Source: Rebecca billardiae RCC1528
Lineage: Eukaryota > Protista > Haptophyta
Assembly (NCBI GenBank): GCA_965240325.2
Contig: OZ251231.1
Span: forward strand, 2,046,001-2,110,000
DNA: 64,000 nt
Direction: 5' to 3'
In this document: positions 36,289-46,663 of the stretch, one piece after another
Layout of the letters: the number at the start of each line of letters is the position of its first letter
How positions within the stretch are numbered: the first letter of the stretch is position 1
Notes under the pieces: model-generated
The model's input: only the letters and a program-made list of their open reading frames with translations
The model's database searches: none
What the model was told of the DNA's origin: nothing
Made by a program: the position numbers and the translations under genes

Positions 36289-38504
36289 CTAGAGCAACAC
36301 ACCGCCATTCAAATGCTTGCCGTTGAGCTTTGACTTTGAGCCTGCGACGCCGCTTTGCAGCCGGCGCTGCGCGTTGCGCCATGCGATATAGCCAACGATC
36401 ACAGTCACCACGATGGGCGAGAGCCCGATGAGCCAGCCCAGGATGGTTGTCCACAGCGGGGCCTCGCTCGAGGCATCGCGCCTGAAGGCGCTCACGACCG
36501 ACATGGTGCCGAGCACCGCGCAGAGCGGCATTGTGACGTACGTCCACGCGGCAGTGAGCCAGCGCGGCAGCTGCGTGCCCGTCTCGTCGCGCACGAGCGA
36601 CACGAAGCCGCTGATGCCGTGGATGTGGATGATGGCGAAGAGCTGGCAGAAGCAGGTGACGTACACGCTGATGAGGCAGGAGTACCCATCGAAGATGGCG
36701 ACCATCTCGACGCCTCCGCGCGTCGTGCAGCTCAAACCGATGACCAGGCCGACCGCGCACACGACGGCGATGCCCTGGCCGAGCCGCTTGCCCTGGAAGA
36801 TGCGCCAGCCGCGCTCGACAAACGCCGAGATGCCCACCTCCAGCTGCCCCATCTGGCTGTCGATCGCCAGCGAGATGACCATCAGGAAGAAGAGGACCGC
36901 AAAGACGTGCGCGCCCGGGAGCAGCGCGAGCGCGGTCGGGTACGCGATGAAGGCGAGGCCCGGGCCGCTGAGCGCGAGCTCGCTGACCGGGACGCCCGAC
37001 ACGTGCGCCAGGTGGCCGAGCACCGAGAAGACGACGAAGCCGGCGAAGACCGAGGTCGCCGAGTTGATCAGCCCGATGCACAGCCCGTCGCGGAGGAACT
37101 TGGTGTCCTTGGGCACGTACGACGCGTACCCGATGTGCGTGCCAAAGCCCGGGCCGAGCGAGAAGAAGATCTGGGTCGTGGCGCTCGCCCACACCTGCGC
37201 GCGCGCGCACGGGCCCGCGTGAGGGCGCCGCCGCACCGCAGGCTCAGCGCGGCGCATCAGCCCAACAGGCTGACCGGAGTGTTGGGCGTCGCAGCCCAGC
37301 AGGCCACGCGCGTGCGCAGCGCAGCCAGCGGCTCCGCTCCGCTCCGCTCCGCTCCGCTCCGCGCACCTGCATGTTGCCCAGCTTGGAGAAGTCAGGCGTC
37401 ACGTAGTACATGATGCCCTCGCTGGCGCCCTCGAGCGTCACGCCGCGGAAGAAGAGGATGACGAGCACGACGTACGGGAACGTGGCGGTGAAGAGCACCA
37501 CCTTGCCGGACGACTCGATGCCGTTGTGCAGCGCCCCCCATGCCATCACCCACGCCGTCACCAGCGCGACGGTGAGCGGCCAGTTCGGCGCCAGCCACCC
37601 CGACTCGGAGAGGGCGACGTGCTGCGTCACGCACGACTCCCAGTAGTCCGACGCGGGCAGGAAGGACTCCGAAGACGTCGGCATGCACGCGGCCGAGTTG
37701 GCGCGCGTCCACGGCAGCGGCGAGCGGAAGCTGGCCACGAGGTAGTACAGCGTCCACGCGATGATCACATTGTAGTACACGGCAACGTTGAACGCGGTCA
37801 ACGCCGCGCCCCAGCCGACGCCGGTCAGCCGCTTGTCGAACTTGCCCCACACCCGACTCGCCGACACCTGGAACACCTGCCCCACGCACAGCTCGAGCAC
37901 GAAGAGCGGGATGCCCACCAGCACGAGCGCGAGCAGGTACGGCACCAGGAATGCGCCGCCACCGTTCCGCATGGCGAGCATCGGGAAGCGCCACACGTTG
38001 CCCTGCCGCGGACGACCGGGGCAGCGGGGGCGAGGTTGGTGCGAATGGTATCAGCTGGCACGGGCGGCGCGCGGGGCTCGGCGTGGCGCGCGTGCGCGCG
38101 AGCTCGCGCACCAGGCCGACGGCAAAGCCGACCACGCTGAGCAGGTATTCGATCTGACTACCCCACTGCGGCCGCTGCTCGCCGCTCTCCTCCTCGTCGA
38201 CGTCGAGCGCGAGGAACGCCGTGCTCGAGTGCGCGTGGAGGACGTGCTCGTGCCGGCGCTCCTGCGTGACGTGCGGCATATACTCGATCGTGTGACGCCG
38301 CGGGCGTGGGGGCGGGGGCTGCTTGGTGGCCTCCAGCTGGACGTCCGGGACGAGCGAGGGCAGCTGGGGGGCGGACATGCATGTGGGCACTCCCGAAGTG
38401 GCTGCGGCATCTCCGCCGGCCTGACGCGCCGCGAAGACGAGCCGGGACCACTCGTCCTGGGTCACGTCCGCCTTCGCCAGGGCCGCCGCGAATGCGGACG
38501 ACAT
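36289..38504 (-). CDS. Sodium:neurotransmitter symporter family (SLC6/NSS) transporter, ~644 aa; exons 38504-38112, 38002-37367, 37194-36289
   Basis: RPQWGSQIEYLLSVVGFAVGL|GNVWRFP...NGGGAFLVPY, TATFPYVVL, Q|VWASATTQIFFSLGPGFG, SGPGLAFIAYP, LAIDSQ. Both GT..AG introns are frame-consistent. Confidence 0.95.
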
Positions 38505-38688
38505 CGCGTCGATCGTCTTCGTGAGACCGGGCGGTCAAGGGCGTGCGACACGGGACCGGCGCGCGGCAGCGCTAAATCAGCCCGGGCTGATTTAAGCTTA
38601 TCTCAGCCCGGGCTGATTTAAGCCCTTAAATCAGCCCGGGCTGAGATAAGCTCCGCGCGAGCTTATCTCAGCCCGGGCTGAGATAAGC

Positions 38689-41600
38689 TCAGGCGAGTGA
38701 GGTGCCCCGGGCACCTCAAGCGCGCGTTCGCGCAAAAGTCCGCACCGCCGATTTTTCACAGTGGGCGGCAATTTCTGGCGCGCTATTTTCTGATTTTCCG
38801 CCGTGCGTGGCGCCGCCGCGTCGCGCGCGCTCTCGACGCGCGCGAGCTGCGCGCGCGTGGCGGCGGGTTTGGCCGCGCGGCACTGGGACGGCTGGGTCCG
38901 CACGGCCGAGGAGGCCACTCTTGCCGCGGTGGTCGTGGCGCGGGGACGTCTCCGCCGCTCGCAAACCTCCCGCGAGCGCCTCGCGCCGCCTCGCGCCGCC
39001 TTCACGCCGTCTCCGCGCGCCAACTGCACGCTCTGGACGCCTCGGCGGCAGAGACGCGCGCGGCGCGGTTGTGTGCCGCGTAGACTGGGCCCATGCGCGT
39101 CCGCTGCCGGTGCGCCCCGACCACGCGCGCGCGCATCCCAGACCTCTCGCCTCACGCGTCGCCGCCGAGCACGGCCGTGCACCGCAGTCCGCCGTGGTGC
39201 CGCCCGCGCGGCCGAGCGAGCAGGCGGCGCGTTGTGGAGCGTGTGACGCGCGAGGCGGGAAGGCTTCAGAGCGCCCGAGCCACCGCCGACCGGCGGCGCG
39301 CACGCGATTGGCTCGAGCCATGGGCGCCGACGGCGCGCGCGCGCGCTGAGCCAGCTGAAGACTTGTGCGCCATGGCACGGCAGCCGCCAATCGCGGCGCG
39401 CGGGCGTGCTGTGCGGCAGGCGCGCTCGGTGCGGGCGCTTCGGGGCGTGGCCTCACGAGAACGGAGCCCCTGGAAGCGCGACGCCTGTGAGCTCGCCCCG
39501 GCCCGTGTGAGTGTGCGCGCATCTGTCAGGGATCGGCACACGCAGCAGCACGGGGTGGCCGTCGTCATGAGCCATGGCCTGGTCACTGCCGCGCTGGGTG
39601 TCGACCAGGCACAAAGAACAAGCGAGCATGCGCACTTTTGAAGTTCTCGCATGCGTGGTGCGGCGCTGTGCGTGCACGATCATGCTGGTGCATGCGAGAC
39701 CATTCAGCAGGGCTGTGCGCGTTATTGATCTCCGTACCGGCAGAAGGCTGGCATCCCGGTGTCCAACGCTGCACCTACGCTGACACCTTGAGACGCTCTT
39801 GTCAGCCAGAAACGCGCGCTTCGAGCGCCGCGTGCCCAGGTAGCACGACCCACTACTTCCTGGCTTACGTCAGCCCATGTCGGATGACCTGAGCAGCAGT
39901 TGGCGTCATCGCGCGCGGGGGCGCGCGCAAGCCGGCTCTCAATCTGCCCGACGTGCGAGGGCGTCGGGCGGGGGCGTGTGCGCACGAATCGAGTGTCAGC
40001 AGCAGCGCTCGCTCGCGCTCACCGGCGAGAGACGTCTGCTCGCAAGTCGTCTGGGTCAGCAGGCTACCAGCCGTGATAGACGTTGCAGCAGATGGGTTGG
40101 AAGGCTCCACCGCACGCCGGGCACCAGGAGGGCGTGAGCGACCGCAACCGCAGCCGCGCCTGCGTCCGCGAGAGGGCTGAGCACCTGGACCTGGCGCGTC
40201 GCCCTGTCTGGGCGTTGGACCAGATGTCTGTACCCCGCCCTCAGCGTCGCGCGCGGGCTCTGAGCCTGCTGGCGTCTCAACGGCCTACTCGTCCGCGCTG
40301 TTGTCGCCATCATCGAGGGAATCACGACCGTCGGCCAGATCGTCGAGCTCGAGCGTGGCAGCCCATCGGGCCACCGTCTTCCTCGTCACCCATACCGACC
40401 ATACCGGCCTCCCGCTCGCCACCCTGAGCTATGCGCCTTCGACAGAGCTCTCGCGCGCGCACGCCATCACAAAAGGCTGGCACCCCACCACCCTTCAGGG
40501 CTGCCGGGAACTTGCTGGTGAGCAGTGGGTCTGCGCAGACGCGGCTGCTCCCCGACCGTGCGCCGTGAGTGAGAGAGCTGCCGTGGCGCGCCCGCCTCGG
40601 AGTGAGCAGGCCAGCAACACTGCAGCCATAGCTCTGTGCGCTTCTGACACTGGAGGGCTACGACTTCTGACCAGTAGAGTCGCTCTCTCTGTCAATGGAA
40701 GCACGTGGCTGGCATCGGACAGACGCTCAGATGAAACGCGTCAGGCAGCATGCGAATGCTCGCATCCGTGCGCGCAAGCGCACGCGGGCCCAGGTAGCGC
40801 CAGAAGCCATATAACTACTCTTCACGCGGCGCTGTTGCCGTGTGTCGTGGCGCGCTCAGCGCGGCAGTGACCAGGCCATGGCTCATGACGACGGCCACCC
40901 CGTGCTGCTGCGTGTGCCGATCCCTGACAGATGCGCGCACACTCACTCGGGCCGGGGCGAGCTCACAGGCGTCGCGCTTCCAGGGGCTCCGTTCTCGCGA
41001 GGCCACGCCCCGAAGCGCCCGCACCGAGCGCGCCTGCCGCACAGCACGCCCGCGCGCCGCGATTGGCGGCTGCCGTGCCATGGCGCACAAGTCTTCAGCT
41101 GGCTCAGCGCGCGCGCGCGCCGTCGGCGCCCATGGCTCGAGCCAATCGCGTGCGCGCCGCCGGTCGGCGGTGGCTCGGGCGCTCGGAAGCCTTCCCGCCT
41201 CGCGCGTCACACGCTCCACAACGCGCCGCCTGCTCGCTCGGCCGCGCGGGCGGCACCACGGCGGACTGCGGTGCACGGCCGTGCTCGGCGGCGACGCGTG
41301 AGGCGAGAGGTCTGGGATGCGCGCGCGCGTGGTCGGGGCGCACCGGCAGCGGACGCGCATGGGCCCAGCCTACGCGGCACACAACCGCGCCGCGCGCGTC
41401 TCTGCCGCCGAGGCGTCCAGAGCGTGCAGTTGGCGCGCGGAGACGGCGTGAAGGCGGCGCGAGGCGGCGCGAGGCGCTCGCGGGAGGTTTGCGAGCGGCG
41501 GAGACGTCCCCGCGCCACGACCACCGCGGCAAGAGTGGCCTCCTCGGCCGTGCGGACCCAGCCGTCCCAGTGCCGCGCGGCCAAACCCGCCGCCACGCGC

Positions 41601-41764
41601 GCGCAGCTCGCGCGCGTCGAGAGCGCGCGCGACGCGGCGGCGCCACGCACGGCGGAAAATCAGAAAATAGCGCGCCAGAAATTGCCGCCCACTGTGAAAA
41701 ATCGGCGGTGCGGACTTTTGCGCGAACGCGCGCTTGAGGTGCCCGGGGCACCTCACTCGCCTGA
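38689..41764. mobile_element. Nested non-autonomous DNA transposon with 908-bp TIRs and a 4-bp TSD (AAGC)
   Basis: 38689-39596 is the near-perfect reverse complement of 40857-41764. AAGC lies at 38685-38688 and 41765-41768. Removing the element and one AAGC rebuilds a left TIR matching the outer element's right TIR. Confidence 0.88.
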
Positions 41765-42519
41765 AAGCGCTTATCTCAGCCCAGCGGCTCGCGACTCGGC
41801 CGCCGTGGACTCGGAGCGCACGTCGCGCGGTGCGGCCCGCCCGCTCCATGGCTGCACGCGCTGCTGTGTCTTCGGTGGCCACAGGGTGAAGTGCGCTGAG
41901 TATAGTGGCGGGCCCAGCTCCACCCACCCCCTTCTCCCTGGCCCGCCCCGCCTGCCCTCGCCCGCATCGGATGCCTTCCTCGCGCATGCAACGGCCTCAG
42001 CCAACGCCATTGTTCCACCATCGATTCCACCATCGACGGTCGCGGGTACTTGTACGTCGTGTACTGTACATGTGTGTCATGTGTAATCGCACGCATGTGG
42101 CCACGGCCCACGTGCACCTGTCTGCCGTGTGCCGTCGCCCTTGTACCGCGTTGCCCTTGTACCGTTCGCGCGTTGCGGCATGTGCTTGCCCAGCTTGGCA
42201 TACTTGCCGGTCACGCTCGACGCTGGATCAGCCAGTCATCGCGATCCCGTCAGATCGAAACGGTCCCTTCGCGCGGCGCACTACTCTGCGCGGCGGCTGC
42301 CGGTTCATGACCGAGCTTGGACCATCAGCTGACAGCTGTGGTGTGCGGCTCGCTGCGTCTCAAGCGTGGCAGGCGCTTCGGCAGAGTAATACACTGTCGA
42401 CGGTCGTGGCGCCGCAGCTGGTGGGCTCACCGGCGCCGTCGCGCTCGCAGCTTTCGGCGCGCTTGGCGAGCACGCCAAGGTCGCCGCGCGCACCGTGGTC
42501 CGCGTGCACACAACGGCCG

Positions 42520-43060
42520 CCGCGCGCGCCGCAGCCGTCTTGCGCGCCGCAGCCGGCGAGCGCGCCGCGGCCGGCGAGCGCGCCGCGGCTGCTGAGCGCG
42601 CCCGGCCGGCGAGCGCGCCGCGGCCGGCGAGTGCGCCGCGGCCGCTGCGCGCGCCCGGCCGGTGAGCGCGCCGCGGCTGCCGCGCGCCGCGCGGCTGGCG
42701 ATTGCGCCGCGGCTGCCACGCGCGCTGCGGCCGGTAAGCGCGCCACGGCGGCAGACAGCGTAACTCGGCCGTCGCGCCCGGCCGGCGAGCGCGCCGTGGC
42801 TGCTGCGCGCGCCGCGGCTGCCGCGCGCGCCGCGGCCGGCGAGCGCGCCGAGGCCGACCAACGCGCCGCGACCGCCCCGCGCACGGCGACCGAAGGCGAG
42901 TCTGTGGCGGATAGCGAGCTTGCCGCTGCGGCTAGTGAGCGCGCCGCAACCGGCGCGGATGGATGGTGCAGCCGGGGCTTGCGCCACCGCAACCGGTGAG
43001 CAGGCCGCGCCAGCATGCGTAGGTATTGGCGAGCGCGCCACCGCAACCGGCGAGCGCGCA
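42520..43060. repeat. Degenerate GC-rich minisatellite (CCGGCGAGCGCGCCGCGG-like unit) inside the outer transposon
   Basis: Many imperfect copies of (c)cggcgagcgcgccg(c/t)gg. Confidence 0.65.
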
Positions 43061-45038
43061 CCGCACGGGCCACAGATGCCCATTGGTCCAACGCCGCAGG
43101 TGCCCATCAAGCCTGGCGCCAACACGTGACAGTTGCGCGATGAGGCTGAGCGTGCTCGCCGGCCGCTGCGCGCTCACTGGCCGCGGCGGCGCGCTCGCTC
43201 GCTATCCGCCACAGACTAGCCTTCGGTCGTCGCGCACGGCCGCGGCGCGCTGGTCCGCCGCGGCGCGCGCGGCAGCCACGGCGCGCGCGGCAACCGCGGC
43301 GCGCGCGGCGGCCACCGCGCGCGTGGCGCATGCGGCGGCCGCTGCGTGCGTGCGGACCGCGGCGCACACCGCAACCTTAGCTTGCTGTCCGTGCGCACCA
43401 GCCCCTGAGCCGCGGCACGCGCTGCGAGCTTGGCGTGCTCGCCGTGCGCGCCGACAGCTGCGGGCGTGCCGGCGTCGGCGCGCCCACTAGCCGCAGCGCC
43501 ATGATCGTCCATGGAGCTGCGCCGGTGCCCATGCCTGTGCCGCTGGCACCGGTACGCCCGCGCGCGGCGGCCGCGGTGGCAACGTTCAGCACATTTTGAA
43601 CAACGTGCAATGGCAACAGCACACAACCGACTGTAGCGCACGGGCCGTGTTCACCCGCGTGCGACTACGCGCGGACATGGTCAACTGGCGAACGTCGATG
43701 GTGCGTCCATGGTGTTGGCTGCATGCTTCTCATGCGGGCAGCAAGTCCACAAGCCGAGTTGCCGCCGTGGAGTTGCATGCGCGAGGAAGGCATCCGATGC
43801 GGGCGAGGGCAGGCGGGGCGGGCCAGGGAGAAGGGGGTGGGTGGAGCTGGGCGCCCGCCACTAGACTCAGCGCACTTCACCCTGTGGCCACCGAAGACAC
43901 AGCAGCGCGTGCAGCCATGGAGCGGGCGGGCCGCACCGCGCGACGTGCGCTCCGAGTCCACGGCGGCCGAGTCGCGAGCCGCTGGGCTGAGATAAGCGCT
44001 TATCTCAGCCCGGGCTGAGATAAGCTCGCGCGGAGCTTATCTCAGCCCGGGCCGATTTAAGCGCTTAAATCGGCCCGGGCTGAGATAAGCTTAAATCGGC
44101 CCGGGCTGATTTAGCGCTGCCGACCGGCGCGCGGCGCGAGCGCGAGCTCAGAGTTCGCCGGAGATGCCGCCGTGCGTGCCGGTTCGTCGTTCGCATCCGA
44201 TTTTTTTCGCGCCGATTTTACCACGACGATGTGCAGACTATGTCCTATGCCGCGCTCTTTCCGCATCACCTGCGTTCGTCCATGCGTGACCGCCGTGAAC
44301 CTGCTGCTGACAGTGCTGATGGCCTCACCCCCAACGCAGCTTCGTGCTTCTCTGCGGCGCACCAGCGGGCTCCTAGTAACTCAGCTTCGAGAAGCACACG
44401 CTCCACTGAGCACGCCAACGTGGCCGCCCGGCACAACAGTATGCGGCCTCAGTATGTACTATGTGACTACTAAGCTACTATGAGCAAGTGGGCGACTCAT
44501 CAGCAGCATCCGTTGTCCGAGTCCGCGGCTACTAGTACTACGTCTACTGGCGCGGTGGATTATTTGTAATCTTAGCCCGCGGGCAGCCGGGCACAGGCCA
44601 CGCAAGGGGCAGCCGGCAGGCGCCAGGCGGCGCACCGGCGCGCAGCCTTGCAGGCGGCTCTCAGCCGGGCAGACTCAGGAGCTGGTAAGAGTGGTGCCAG
44701 GCGCCGCGGCGGCTCTCAGCAGACGGCAATCTGGACCTGGACTCTGGAGACTGGGCGCGCTCTCCCGCTCTCCGAACTCGTTGGACTCTGGTCCTGGAGG
44801 GCGGAGGTCACTTATAGGTCATGCAGACTTGCATGATGATTGATGTCCGAGTTCGGAGTTGATGACGACTGAGTGACAGTGTCGTCACTGACTACGTACG
44901 ATTTAATTAACTTTCGACTATATCATCATGAGCAGATTATCATCACCGCGGCGCTATGAGTATATATATCCGCTGATGCTGCCAGTATAGTAGTAGACGA
45001 TATATATCGATTTTAAAAGTGCTGGGATCCGTGGGTCA

Positions 45039-46265
45039 TCACGCGCTTGCCCTGGCACCTCTGATGGCCGTCTCCGAGTCAGCGTCACAGGATTCAGACG
45101 ATTCGGCAGCCAACGCGTCGCGCACTTCGCCAATCACCTCGTCGAGCAGCTCGCCGCGCAGCATCCGGTCGATGCCGTGCGTGGTGAGCCCGCAGCGGTG
45201 GTCGGTGATGCGATCCTCCGGGAAGTTGTACGTGCGGATGCGCTCGGAGCGCCCGCTCCCGCCGATCTGCCCGCGCCGGTCGGCCGTGCGCTCGGCTGCC
45301 AGCCTCTCCTCCTCGGCCGCCAGCAGCCGGCTGCGGAGCATCTTGATCGCCTTGGCGCGGTTCATTGTCTGCGAGCGCTCGTCCTGGCACTGCGCCACCG
45401 TGCCCGTGGGGATGTGCACCACGCGCACCGCCGAGTCCGTCGTGTTCACGTGCTGCCCGCCCGCGCCGCTCGCACGGCACGTCTCGATCCGCAGGTCGGC
45501 GTCGCGCAGCTCGACGTCGGCCTCCTCCGCCTCGGGCAGCACGGCGACCGACGCGGTGCTGGTGTGGATGCGGCCCATCTTCTCGGTGGCGGGCACGCGC
45601 TGCACGCGGTGCACGCCCGCCTCGTACCGCAGCATCGGCAACGCGCCCGGGCCACGCAGCAGCGCCGCCGCCTCCTTGAAGCCACCGGTCGGCGCCTCGC
45701 TGCGGCCGAGCACCTCGACGCTCCAGTCGCGCCGCTGCGCGTAGAGCGTGTACATGCTGAAGAGCTCTCGCGCGAAGAGCGCGGCCTCGTCGCCGCCCGC
45801 ACCGGCACGCACCTCCACGACCGCGCCGCTCACCGCGTTCTCGGAAGCGCTGGCGGAGCGGTCGAGCTCCTCGAGCACATTCGACGCGCTGCCCGCGAGC
45901 GCCGCGCGCGCGCGCTCCAAGGCGTCGAGCTCCTCACGGGCGAGCTGGCGCATTTCGGCGTCGGACTCGTCCGCGAGCAGCTGCTCCAGCTGTGAGGCCT
46001 CGTCTGCGCTGGCGGCGAGCTGCTCGTGCAGCTGTGCTGCGTCTGCAAGGCGCGCGGCCTCCTGCGCAAGCCGCACGTACTTTGCTGACGAGAAGTCGGT
46101 CGTCGCCGCTATTTCTGCCTGCAACTCGTCGTGCCGCCGAGCCACGTTGGCGAGCCGCGTCGTGATCGGCTCGCCGCCGCCTAGATCCGATAGTGCGCGA
46201 GCGCATGCCGCCCTCGCCGCCGGCCGCGCCCGCCGCGCCGCGCGCGCCATCATGCCGAGCATCAT
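45039..46265 (-). CDS. prfA: Organellar (probably mitochondrial) peptide chain release factor 1
   Basis: [40 protein letters not shown] (PxT motif), [37 protein letters not shown]. Arg/Ala-rich presequence. Confidence 0.96.
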   Translation of the reverse strand: MMLGMMARAARRARPAARAACARALSDLGGGEPITTRLANVARRHDELQAEIAATTDFSSAKYVRLAQEAARLADAAQLHEQLAASADEASQLEQLLADESDAEMRQLAREELDALERARAALAGSASNVLEELDRSASASENAVSGAVVEVRAGAGGDEAALFARELFSMYTLYAQRRDWSVEVLGRSEAPTGGFKEAAALLRGPGALPMLRYEAGVHRVQRVPATEKMGRIHTSTASVAVLPEAEEADVELRDADLRIETCRASGAGGQHVNTTDSAVRVVHIPTGTVAQCQDERSQTMNRAKAIKMLRSRLLAAEEERLAAERTADRRGQIGGSGRSERIRTYNFPEDRITDHRCGLTTHGIDRMLRGELLDEVIGEVRDALAAESSESCDADSETAIRGARASA

Positions 46266-46663
46266 CGTCGTGATTTCGTCCTGCGATTGATTTCTCTACA
46301 CGGCCCTCACAGTAATTGTTTTCCTGGGCACAAAAGAGAAAAAAAGCCTGGCGACGACGACGGTCGATCTGCGAACGTGCGGAATAATCACAGAAAGTTC
46401 TATCGTCGTAAACGTGCGCTAATGGGCTTGCACTCACGGTGGGTACCCGTCTGTAGCTCACCCAATCACAGCCCGGCCTGAAGAAGCCTTATGCGACGAA
46501 ACGAAAAAGTGCGCCCAACCCACAACCCGCCTTTTCAACTTTGCCGACCACGCCCGGCGGGCGTCGCGCGTGGCTTTTGCGGCCCGGGGAAGGAGGAGCC
46601 ACACGGCCGAAGCCGCCCGCCCGCAGGGCGCGCCCCGAGTGGTCGACAAGCCACGCGTGCGCT

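Larger units (their letters stand above)
38565..44121. mobile_element. Non-autonomous foldback/MULE-like DNA transposon (outer element) carrying a nested insertion
   Basis: Terminal inverted repeats 38565-38688 and 43998-44121 (GGCAGCGCTAAATC...) continue as 41765-41991 and 43772-44001. The flanking direct repeat GACCGGCGCGC lies at 38554-38564 and 44122-44132, or is the 9-bp ACCGGCGCG if the ends are extended by one base. No transposase is seen. Confidence 0.88.

Noticed and set aside
38571-38688. Regularly repeated palindromes resembling a CRISPR array
   Set aside because: There are no unique spacers and no cas genes, the context is eukaryotic, and the block is mirrored at 43998-44121 as a transposon TIR.
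38631-44018. ORFs inside the composite transposon as a possible transposase
   Set aside because: No DDE, zinc-finger or helicase motifs are seen. The ORFs are mirrored copies from the inverted arms or low-complexity GC repeats.
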